A program made the translations under genes and the position numbers. Below, piece after piece: positions 55,041-62,767 of a DNA stretch of 64,000 bases. The DNA comes from Acidimicrobiia bacterium (GTDB lineage Bacteria; Actinomycetota; Acidimicrobiia; Spongiisociales; ZC4RG35): positions 25,793 to 89,792 of the forward strand of contig DATKCE010000053.1 in NCBI GenBank assembly GCA_035513335.1, read 5' to 3'. Position 1 is the first letter of the stretch, and each line of letters starts with the position of its first letter. The notes beneath the pieces were generated by a model. That model was not told the DNA's origin and ran no database searches. It saw only the letters and a program-made list of their open reading frames with translations.

Positions 55041-58000
55041 TCAGCTACAACCCGTGGTGTCCCCGCAGGTGAGACAGACGTAGCAGCTGCCGTTGCGGAT
55101 GGTCATGTGGCCGCAGTTGGAGCAGGCCGGAGCGTCGCCCATGTTCTCCTTGAGAGCCACGTCGGCCACCGCAGTGCTCGCAGAGGTTTCCCCTCCGGCA
55201 CTGCGTGGTGCCTCCCCCAACGTCGCTTCGCTCCTCGGGGGTGAAACAGGCTCCCGTTCTGGCGCTCTCACGTCCTCATCGGGACCGTCGAGGAACTCGA
55301 CCGCCGACCTCACCGCGTCGACGTCGGAGTCGGCAGCGGCGTCGCTGAGGTCGAGTTGGACCCCGGCCTCCACCGCCAGCCCCTTGGGTGGCTCGGGAAG
55401 GTCGTTCTCCCGGTCGGGCGGCACCTGGGCCAGCTCATCGCGCTGCAGGTACTCCACCCCGAGAGAGCGGAACACGTAGTCCACGATGGAGTTGGCCATC
55501 TTGATGTTGGGATGGCCCTCCACCATGCCCCGGGGCTCGAAGGTCTGGAACGTGAAGGTGTCCACGAACTCCTCCAACGGCACTCCGTACTGGAGCCCCT
55601 TCGAGACCGCGATGGCGAAACAGGACAGGATCCCCTTCAGGGTCGCCCCTTCCTTGGCCAGGTCGATGAAGATCTCTCCGAGGGTTCCGTCCTGGTACTC
55701 GCCGGTGCGCAGGTAGACCTTGTGGCCGCCGACCCGGGCCTCCTGGTTGAAACCGGAGCGCCGGGCTGGAAGCAGGAACCGCGGCGGCTTCATCCCCTGG
55801 GCGTAGGCCTGGGTCGGGGAGATGCCCGCGGGCAGGTTGCCCCAGTGGATGGTCTTCTCCGCTTCCACGGCGGCGGTGATCGTCTCGTCCTCGTCCTCGT
55901 TGTCCTCGCCCTCGTCGGCGGTCGAGTTGAGTGGCTGGGCAGCCTTCGAACCGTCCCGGTAGAGGGCCATGGCCTTGAGGCCGAGCTCCCAGGAGAGGTG
56001 GTAGGCGCCTTCGATCTCGTCGACGGTCACCTCGTGGGGCATGTTGATCGTCTTCGAGATCGCGCCCGAGATGAACGGCTGGGCCGCCGCCATCATCTTG
56101 ATGTGGCCGTTGTGGTGGATGAACCGCGTGCCGTACTGGCCGTTCTTGTTGGCGGTGTCGAACACGGAGAGATGCTCGTCCCTGATGTGAGGCGCACCCT
56201 CGATGGTCTGCCGACCGCAGATGTGGTCGTTGGCCCCAGTGATCTGGGCCCTGGTGAATCCGAGCGCCCGGAGCAGGTCGAATTCCCAGCTGGTGTACTC
56301 GTCGACGGAGAAGCCGAGCCTCGCCATCGTCTCCTCGCCGAAGGTGAACACGTTGAAGGCGTGCTTCAGCTCGAACACCGCGGGCAGGGTCGCCTGCAGC
56401 TTGAGGATGTCTTCCTCGCTGAAGCCCTTCTCCAGCAGCGTGTCGGTGTTGATGTGGGGAGCACCTTCGATCGAGCTGGTCCCCACGATGTAGGTGACGA
56501 TGTCCGAGATCTCTGCCGGTGAGTACCCGAGACGGACCAGAGCCGGAGCCACCGACTGGTTGACGATCTTGAAGTAGCCGCCGCCGGCCAGCTTCTTGAA
56601 CTTCACCAGGGCGAAGTCGGGCTCGACACCGGTGGTGTCACAATCCATTAGAAGCCCGATGGTCCCTGTAGGAGCTAACACACTGGCCTGGGCGTTGCGG
56701 TAGCCATGCTTCTCGCCACGCTCCAGTGCCAGGTCCCATGAAGTCCGGGCCGCCTGGAGCAGGTCGTCGGGGCACGCGTCGGCATCGACGCCCATCACCT
56801 TGGTGGAGATGTTGTCGTAGTCGTTGCCGTCATAGGCAGCCACCTGGTGGTTGCGGATCACCCGCAGCATCGCATCCCGGTTCTCCTCGAACTTGGGGAA
56901 CGGCCCGACGACGTCGGCGATCTCGGCGGAGGTGGCATAGGAGTAGCCGGTCAGAACCGACGTGATGGCGCCGGCGATGGCTCGGCCTTCGTCGGAGTCG
57001 TAGGCGATGCCCTGACGCATCAGCAGCGACCCCAGGTTGGCGTACCCGAGACCGAGGGTCCGGTAGTCGTAGGAGCCCTGGGCGATCTCCTTGGAGGGGA
57101 AGTGGGCCATGGCCACCGAGATCTCGAGGACGATGGTCCAGAGCCGGATGGCGTGCTGGTAGCCCCCGATGTCGAACTCACCACTCGCGTCGTCGTAGAG
57201 CCTGACCAGGTTGATCGACGCCAGGTTGCAGGCGGTGTCGTCGAGGAACATGTACTCGGAACATGGGTTAGAGGCGTTGATCCGTCCTCCCGCCGGGCTG
57301 GTGTGCCACTCGTTGATGGTGGTGTCGAACTGGAGGCCGGGGTCGGCGCATGCCCAGGCGGCCTCGGCGATCTGGTTCCACAGCTCGCGGGCCTTGACCG
57401 TCCGGCGCACCGAGCCGTCGGTGCGGTTGATCAGATCCCAGTCGCCGTCCTCTTCGAACGCCTTGATGAAGTCGTAGGTGACCCGGACCGAGTTGTTGGA
57501 ATTCTGCCCGGACACGGTGGCGTAGGCCTCGCCGTTGAAGTCGGCGGGGAAGCCGCCGTGTTGGATGAGGACCTTGGCTTTCTCCTCCTCGATCTTCTTC
57601 CAGTCGACGAAGGTCTCGATGTCGGGGTGGTCGACGTCGAGGATCACCATCTTGGCGGCACGTCTGGTGGTGCCCCCCGACTTGATGGCGCCGGCGGCAC
57701 GGTCGCCGATCTTGAGGAACGACATGACCCCCGAAGACTTGCCTCCGCCGGAGAGCAGCTCGCCCTCGGCGCGAATGGCGGAGAAGTTGGACCCGGCGCC
57801 GGAGCCGAACTTGAAGATGCGGGCCTCACGAAGCCACAGATCCATGATGCCGCCCGGGTTGACCAGGTCGTCGCTGACCCCGTTGATGAAGCATGCGTGG
57901 GGGGCGGGGCGGCTGTACGAGTCGGGAGACTCGACCAGCTCTCCGGTCTCGTCGTCGACGAACCAGAAGCCCTGGGCCGGACCGGTGATGCCGTAGGCGT

Positions 58001-58451
58001 GATTGAGCCCGGTGTTGAACCACTGCGGAGAGTTGGGGGCGGCGATCTGGGCGGCGAGCATGTACTTGAGCTCATCTTCGAAGGCGTCGGCGTCGTCGGT
58101 GGAGGCGAAGTAGCCCTTCTTCTCGCCCCAATGACGCCAGGTCCCGGCGAGACGGTCGAAGACCTGCTTCGAGGAGCGTTCCGGCCCGGTGACAGGGTTG
58201 CCGTCCTCGTCGTCCATCTGGTTGCCCTCGGCGTCGAACTGGGGGACACCGGCCTTGCGGAAGTACTTGGACACCATGATGTCCGACGCCACCTGGCTCC
58301 AGTGGGCAGGGATCTCGGCGTCGGTCATCTCGAACACGACCGAACCGTCGGGGTTGGTGATGCGGGAATCTCGATGCGACCACTCGAACTGGCTGTAGGG
58401 GTCGGTACCGGCCTCCGTGAAGCGTCGGGTGATCCGCAGGCCTGTGCTCAT
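55041..58451 (-). CDS. nrdJ: Adenosylcobalamin-dependent (class II) ribonucleotide reductase
   Basis: N-terminus LRITRRFTEAGTDPYSQFEW..MVSKYFRKAG, catalytic core NPCSEY, and a C-terminal CxxC..CxxC tail (CSNCGHMTIRNGSCYVCLTCG). Start trimmed to ATG 58451, with GAGGAGGAG upstream. Confidence 0.95.
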   Translation of the reverse strand: MSTGLRITRRFTEAGTDPYSQFEWSHRDSRITNPDGSVVFEMTDAEIPAHWSQVASDIMVSKYFRKAGVPQFDAEGNQMDDEDGNPVTGPERSSKQVFDRLAGTWRHWGEKKGYFASTDDADAFEDELKYMLAAQIAAPNSPQWFNTGLNHAYGITGPAQGFWFVDDETGELVESPDSYSRPAPHACFINGVSDDLVNPGGIMDLWLREARIFKFGSGAGSNFSAIRAEGELLSGGGKSSGVMSFLKIGDRAAGAIKSGGTTRRAAKMVILDVDHPDIETFVDWKKIEEEKAKVLIQHGGFPADFNGEAYATVSGQNSNNSVRVTYDFIKAFEEDGDWDLINRTDGSVRRTVKARELWNQIAEAAWACADPGLQFDTTINEWHTSPAGGRINASNPCSEYMFLDDTACNLASINLVRLYDDASGEFDIGGYQHAIRLWTIVLEISVAMAHFPSKEIAQGSYDYRTLGLGYANLGSLLMRQGIAYDSDEGRAIAGAITSVLTGYSYATSAEIADVVGPFPKFEENRDAMLRVIRNHQVAAYDGNDYDNISTKVMGVDADACPDDLLQAARTSWDLALERGEKHGYRNAQASVLAPTGTIGLLMDCDTTGVEPDFALVKFKKLAGGGYFKIVNQSVAPALVRLGYSPAEISDIVTYIVGTSSIEGAPHINTDTLLEKGFSEEDILKLQATLPAVFELKHAFNVFTFGEETMARLGFSVDEYTSWEFDLLRALGFTRAQITGANDHICGRQTIEGAPHIRDEHLSVFDTANKNGQYGTRFIHHNGHIKMMAAAQPFISGAISKTINMPHEVTVDEIEGAYHLSWELGLKAMALYRDGSKAAQPLNSTADEGEDNEDEDETITAAVEAEKTIHWGNLPAGISPTQAYAQGMKPPRFLLPARRSGFNQEARVGGHKVYLRTGEYQDGTLGEIFIDLAKEGATLKGILSCFAIAVSKGLQYGVPLEEFVDTFTFQTFEPRGMVEGHPNIKMANSIVDYVFRSLGVEYLQRDELAQVPPDRENDLPEPPKGLAVEAGVQLDLSDAAADSDVDAVRSAVEFLDGPDEDVRAPEREPVSPPRSEATLGEAPRSAGGETSASTAVADVALKENMGDAPACSNCGHMTIRNGSCYVCLTCGDTTGCS
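55212..55239. repeat. 28-nt repeat copy B inside the nrdJ C-terminal linker
   Basis: CTCCCCCAACGTCGCTTCGCTCCTCGGG(G). 26/28 identical to 37623-37650. It encodes ..PPRSEATLGEA.. on the minus strand. Confidence 0.75.
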
Positions 58452-58523
58452 GTACTCCTCCTCGACCGGGGTCCGCCCCTCCCTACCGGGAAATGTCGGG
58501 ACGGTGTCCATTCTCAACTCCAA

Positions 58524-58539
58524 CCACAAGATGTGGTGG
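58524..58539 (-). promoter_or_regulatory. NrdR box (proximal)
   Basis: CCACAAGATGTGGTGG fits the NrdR-box consensus acaCwAtATaTwGtgt. It lies 73 nt upstream of the nrdJ start. Confidence 0.7.
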
Positions 58540-58554
58540 TCTACAGGGAAGTGA

Positions 58555-58570
58555 CCACTAGATCTTGTAT
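58555..58570 (-). promoter_or_regulatory. NrdR box (distal)
   Basis: CCACTAGATCTTGTAT fits the NrdR-box consensus. The 31-bp start-to-start spacing from the proximal box is typical of tandem NrdR boxes. Confidence 0.7.
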
Positions 58571-58580
58571 GGACTTCAAC

Positions 58581-58609
58581 ACTGTAATTACACGAGTGTC
58601 ATCCGTCAA
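58581..58609 (-). promoter_or_regulatory. Candidate sigma-A type promoter of nrdJ
   Basis: On the minus strand: TTGACG (58609-58604), 17-nt spacer, TACAGT (58586-58581), immediately upstream of the NrdR boxes. Confidence 0.45.
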
Positions 58610-58775
58610 CCATCAGTTTTCCACAGGCGCGAAAGGCCTGTTCAGACATCGTCGGTCAGATGCCGACGGGGGAAGTAGAGGTCAGCGGCATGCACCGGGG
58701 GAAGTGGGGTGACCATAAACCGGCGTGATCGACCAGTCCAGCGGATTCGTTCCGCGGTTTTCGCGGCCCGAGAGG

Positions 58776-59282
58776 TCAGTTCACGTCCACGTCGACGTCG
58801 AGTTTCCCGTCGTCCCATCGGACCTCTACCCGGACGTCGGTGTCTGCGGCCTCGAATTCGACCCGCACCCGGGGCGGGCCGGGGTCGTCGACCTCCACCG
58901 AGAAGCCGGGCGCCGGAGTAGCCGCCTGGAGCTCGACTTCGCCAGGGCGGTAGCGAACCACCACCACACCGCCGGGCGTGGTCACTGTGCGGAGGCTCCA
59001 TGCGGCAGCGGAAGTCGACGACGACGTGGACGGAGAAGACGAGCTGGAGGTGGTGGCGCCGGGGATGGTCGTCGTGGTCGGCGCCGGCGTTGCCGTCGAA
59101 CCAGTGTCGGCGGTGGTGGATGTCGTCGAGTCCGGGTGGTCCGGGGGCGTGGTGAGGGTAGGGGCCAGGGCCACGGGCTCCTCACCGACCTGGGAGTCGG
59201 CGAGACCGACGATCTGCCACGTGAGAACGGTGGCCACGACCAGGGCCACGACCCATGCGGCTGCCATGCGCCAGGTGATCAT
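58776..59282 (-). CDS. Membrane-anchored Ser/Thr/Pro-rich protein with a conserved ~70-aa C-terminal beta domain (paralogue of 61340..61924)
   Basis: N-terminal TM AAAWVVALVVATVLTW, an S/T/P linker, and C-terminal ..PAPGFSVEVDDPGPPRVRVEFEA..VRVEVRWDDGKLDVDVDV. ATG 59282 is preferred over the TTG at 59321. Confidence 0.65.
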   Translation of the reverse strand: MITWRMAAAWVVALVVATVLTWQIVGLADSQVGEEPVALAPTLTTPPDHPDSTTSTTADTGSTATPAPTTTTIPGATTSSSSSPSTSSSTSAAAWSLRTVTTPGGVVVVRYRPGEVELQAATPAPGFSVEVDDPGPPRVRVEFEAADTDVRVEVRWDDGKLDVDVDVN

Positions 59283-59384
59283 GTGCCGATTGTCCCAGGC
59301 CCATCCGCAACGCAGGGTCAACGGCTTCTCAAGGTTCCCTCAAGACGACGAGGTGATAACGACGACGACCGTAACCTCACACCC

Positions 59385-60068
59385 GTGCCACGGATCGTCC
59401 TCATCGAAGACGACGTCGAGATCAGACGGCTCGCCGCCGCCGCCCTCGCCGAGCAGGGCCACGACGTCGAGAGCGCCGACCGCGCCCTCGACGGGCTCGA
59501 GCTTGCGGTCAAGACCGACCCCGACCTGGTCCTGCTCGACCTCGGGCTTCCTGATGTCGACGGGACCGAGCTCCTGCGGATGATCCGCGCCGTGAGCCAG
59601 GTCCCGGTGATCGTGATCACCGCGCGCGGAGCCGACGAGACGGTGGTCGCCACGCTCGACTCGGGTGCCGACGACTATTTGGTGAAGCCCTTCTCGATGA
59701 CACAGCTCGAAGCCCGGGTGAGGGCCGTGCTTCGCCGCCGCGGCGGTGGGACCCAAGAGAGCCGCATCACCGTCGGTGATCTGGTGGTCGACGTCCCGGC
59801 CCGCACCGCCACCCTGGGCGATGAGACCCTCGACCTCAGCCCCAAGGAGTTCGACATTCTCCGGGTCCTCGTCGAGCGTGCCGGTGAGGTGTTGACCAAA
59901 CGCGAGCTGCTCGCCGAAGTGTGGCGGGAGCCATACGGCGGGTCCGACCACACCGTCGACGTACACATCTCCTGGCTGCGCAAGAAGCTCGGTGAGACCG
60001 CCCAGCAGCCCCGGTACATCCACACGGTCCATGGCGTCGGGGTGAAGCTGGTCGACCCCGGGCAGTGA
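59385..60068 (+). CDS. OmpR/PhoB family response regulator
   Basis: Receiver domain (IVLIEDD..LVLLDLGLPDVDG..) plus a winged-helix domain (LSPKEFDILRVL..TVDVHISWLRKKL). GTG 59385 within ORF 58725..60068. Confidence 0.9.
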   Translation: MPRIVLIEDDVEIRRLAAAALAEQGHDVESADRALDGLELAVKTDPDLVLLDLGLPDVDGTELLRMIRAVSQVPVIVITARGADETVVATLDSGADDYLVKPFSMTQLEARVRAVLRRRGGGTQESRITVGDLVVDVPARTATLGDETLDLSPKEFDILRVLVERAGEVLTKRELLAEVWREPYGGSDHTVDVHISWLRKKLGETAQQPRYIHTVHGVGVKLVDPGQ

Positions 60069-61327
60069 GACGCCGACTCGTCTTGCTCAGCCTGGCCACG
60101 ACGGTGCTCGTCGTGGTGGCGTTCGTCGTGCCGCTCGGGCTTCTGGTCCACAGACAGGCGGAAGACAGCGCCAAGGTGGCCGCCGAACGGGACGCCCGAT
60201 CGGTGGCGGGGCTGGTCGCCCTCGCCTCGGCTGTCGGCGATGGTCTCGATGACGTGGCCCCGGCCATCGGGGACCTTCCCGAAGGCACGATCGTCATCCT
60301 CGACGACGGGGTCCTCGGTGAGCCGCGTGGGGGGCAGGGCTCGCTGGCAGCGGTGGCGGCCGAATCCCAATCCACCGTGGCCGACGAGGTGGCAGGAGGC
60401 TGGGAGATCGCCCTCCCCGTGGTTGGAGCATCCGGTGTCGCCGTGGTCGACTCGTTCGTCACCAGCGCCGAGCTCACTTCGGGGGTGATGACGGCGTGGG
60501 CCCTGCTCGGCCTGCTCGCCCTGGCCCTCATCGGCCTGGCGGTTTGGATCGCAGACCGTCTCGGCGGGAGCCTCACCACTCCCATCGGCGACCTGGCCCG
60601 GTCGGCTCATCGGCTCGCAGAGGGCGACCTGAGCGCCCGGGTCGAGCCCACCGACCCCGAGGAGCTGCGAGAGACAGGGGAGGCGTTCAACTATCTCGCC
60701 GAGCGTCTCGGCCAGCTACTGGCGGAGGAGAGGGAGAGCGCTGCCGACCTCTCCCATCGCCTGCGCACGCCCCTCACCTCATTGCGTCTCCCGGCCGAGG
60801 CGCTGGGCGACGAGGCGGAGCGGAAGGCGATGGTCGGCCAGGTCGACAGGCTCGAGCACGCCATGAACCAGGTGATCGACCTGGCACGGTCGAGAGCGGC
60901 GCGAGAGCCCGGAGAGTGTGACCTCGACCGGGTGGTGTCTGATCGGGTCACCTTCTGGAGCGTCCTCGCCGAAGAGCAGAACCGCGATCTGACCCCTACC
61001 CTGGCTGCCGCTGGGGCCCGGGTTCCGTTGAGCTCCGAAGACTTGGGAGTGATGGTCGACACGATCGTCGGAAACGTCTTCGCCCACACCCCGCCCGGCA
61101 CGGCCTTCACCGTCCGCACCGGGGCGACTCCCGCTCCATGGTTCGAAGTGGCCGATCGAGGGCCGGGATTCGGAGGACGGCCGCAGGTCGAACGCGGGGT
61201 CAGCGGGTCGGGCTCGACCGGTCTCGGTCTTGACATCGTGCGCAAGACCGTCTCGGCAGCCGGGGGAACCTTCGACGCACACGACCGCCCCGGGGGAGGG
61301 GCGGTCGTGTGCGTCAGTTTCGGCTGA
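60065..61327 (+). CDS. Sensor histidine kinase (2 TM, HAMP, HisKA, HATPase_c)
   Basis: H-box DLSHRLRTPLTSL. N/G boxes (VGNVFAHTP.., DRGPGF, GSTGLGLDIV). 4-nt overlap with the regulator gene. Confidence 0.9.
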   Translation: MRRRLVLLSLATTVLVVVAFVVPLGLLVHRQAEDSAKVAAERDARSVAGLVALASAVGDGLDDVAPAIGDLPEGTIVILDDGVLGEPRGGQGSLAAVAAESQSTVADEVAGGWEIALPVVGASGVAVVDSFVTSAELTSGVMTAWALLGLLALALIGLAVWIADRLGGSLTTPIGDLARSAHRLAEGDLSARVEPTDPEELRETGEAFNYLAERLGQLLAEERESAADLSHRLRTPLTSLRLPAEALGDEAERKAMVGQVDRLEHAMNQVIDLARSRAAREPGECDLDRVVSDRVTFWSVLAEEQNRDLTPTLAAAGARVPLSSEDLGVMVDTIVGNVFAHTPPGTAFTVRTGATPAPWFEVADRGPGFGGRPQVERGVSGSGSTGLGLDIVRKTVSAAGGTFDAHDRPGGGAVVCVSFG

Positions 61328-61339
61328 CGTCGAGACGGG

Positions 61340-61924
61340 TCAGCCGAGCTCGACCTCGATCTCGACCTCGACCCGGCCGTTCTTCAGCCGGGCGTCGAAC
61401 TCGGCCTCCGCCTTGAGACCGGAGGTGAATTCGAGCTCGATGCGGTCGGGCTCGATCTTGTTTCGCTCCACCTTCCATCCGGGAGCCGAGACGGAGACCA
61501 GGACGAGCTGGCCGGAGCTCACCTCGAGGGTGACGGTCCCGACTCCAGGGATCAGGTGGGTGCTCACACCGTCCGGGACCTGTCTGGCGTCACTGTCGTC
61601 GACGCTCGTCGAGGTCGAGGAGCCGATCGAGGTCGAGGTGGTCGAGTTGCCTGCAGCGCTCGTCGAAGTGGTTCCGGCGATGCTGGTCGAGGTCGACGCG
61701 TTGGTACTCGTTGAACTCGAGGCCTTCACGCTCGTCGACGTGGACGAGTCGGGAGTCGTCACCGCGGTCGACGGTGTGGAGACGCCGGCCGCGACAGTGG
61801 CCGACGTGCCGGATGTGGCGGTGATCGACGTCGAGGTGCTGTCATCGCCACCCGCCCAGGCCACACCGACCACCACCAGAGCTGCGACGATCGACGTGAA
61901 CACTCCGAGCATCTTCTTGATCAT
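61340..61924 (-). CDS. Membrane-anchored Ser/Thr-rich protein with a conserved C-terminal beta domain (paralogue of 58776..59282)
   Basis: N-terminal TM LGVFTSIVAALVVVGVAWA, a ~95-aa STS-repeat tract, and C-terminal ..SAPGWKVERNKIEPDRIELEFTS..RLKNGRVEVEIEV. Confidence 0.7.
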   Translation of the reverse strand: MIKKMLGVFTSIVAALVVVGVAWAGGDDSTSTSITATSGTSATVAAGVSTPSTAVTTPDSSTSTSVKASSSTSTNASTSTSIAGTTSTSAAGNSTTSTSIGSSTSTSVDDSDARQVPDGVSTHLIPGVGTVTLEVSSGQLVLVSVSAPGWKVERNKIEPDRIELEFTSGLKAEAEFDARLKNGRVEVEIEVELG

Positions 61925-62009
61925 GGGTTACCTCCTTGGTGAACCATGACCACCACTGTGTCTCGCCCCGCGTCATCAGGTCCTCAGACGATGCTCAAGG
62001 AGTCCTCAA

Positions 62010-62064
62010 ACCGTTCTGTGAATGCTACGTGAGAGATATTCTCAGCCCCCGTTCACAGAACGGT
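62010..62064. repeat. REP-like nested hairpin, copy 2 (ACCGTTCTGTGAA-N29-TTCACAGAACGGT)
   Basis: Perfect 13-bp arms. The spacer contains a TGAGA-GATAT-TCTCA helix. It lies 6 nt after the stop at 62071. It shares its arms and CTAC/CCCG internal-loop bases with 19230-19282. Confidence 0.7.
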
Positions 62065-62070
62065 CTCGGG

Positions 62071-62706
62071 TCAGCGGGCGGGGTGATCCCAAGCGTCCTC
62101 CGGCCGACCGGTGTCGATGCTCCAGCGGGGGAGGAAGAACTGGACGATGGGGCCGATGAGGAGGGCAAAAGCGATGGTCCCGACACCGAAAGTCCCACCC
62201 ATCAGGAATCCCGTGATCAGCACCACGATCTCGAGACCCCATCGGGTGACCCGGATCGACGGGCCGCGCCCGGCGATTGCGGTCATCAGGCCATCGCGTG
62301 GCCCTGGCCCGAGATTCGCTCCGATGTACATGCCGGATGCCAAGCCGATGAGGATGATCCCTGCTGTCAGCATGACCGAGGCGAGCCATGTGTTGGGTGG
62401 GCGCGGGATGACCAGGACGCCGAGGTCGATGACCACTCCGATGATGACGGCATTGAGAATGGTGCCGATCCCGTAGCGCTCCCGCAGCGGCAGCCACAGC
62501 AGGAGGACGACGAATGAGATGATGATCGACCAGATTCCCACGGTGAGGCCGAACTGTTCGGTGAGCCCCTGATGGAGGACGTCCCAGGGGGGCAGTCCCA
62601 ACCCGGACTGCAACACCAGAGCGATGCCCAGCCCGAACAGCACCAGCCCGACGTTGAGTTGGATCATGCGGCGGCGCAGGTTCTTGCCGCTGACGGAGAT
62701 GAACAT
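62071..62706 (-). CDS. YczE/YitT-like membrane protein
   Basis: 211-aa 5-6 TM protein (LNVGLVLFGLGIALVLQSGLGLPPWDVLHQGL..). Confidence 0.65.
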   Translation of the reverse strand: MFISVSGKNLRRRMIQLNVGLVLFGLGIALVLQSGLGLPPWDVLHQGLTEQFGLTVGIWSIIISFVVLLLWLPLRERYGIGTILNAVIIGVVIDLGVLVIPRPPNTWLASVMLTAGIILIGLASGMYIGANLGPGPRDGLMTAIAGRGPSIRVTRWGLEIVVLITGFLMGGTFGVGTIAFALLIGPIVQFFLPRWSIDTGRPEDAWDHPAR

Positions 62707-62767
62707 GGCCGCGGCACGCTAATGCTTCGCGCCAGAATGACTCCCACCCAGACAGGAAGCGCGACGC

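Noticed and set aside
55041-58451. Intein or insertion element explaining the long (1136-aa) NrdJ
   Set aside because: The sequence reads as continuous class II RNR. There are no intein splice-junction motifs (no Cys/Ser..HN-Cys block) or homing-endonuclease motifs. The extra length lies in acidic low-complexity linkers near the C-terminus.
61560-61860. Tandem-repeat / CRISPR-like periodicity (gtcgaggtcga.. units)
   Set aside because: This is coding low complexity, the antisense of Ser/Thr codons of the STS-rich linker of gene 61340-61924. There are no constant repeats with unique spacers and no cas genes.
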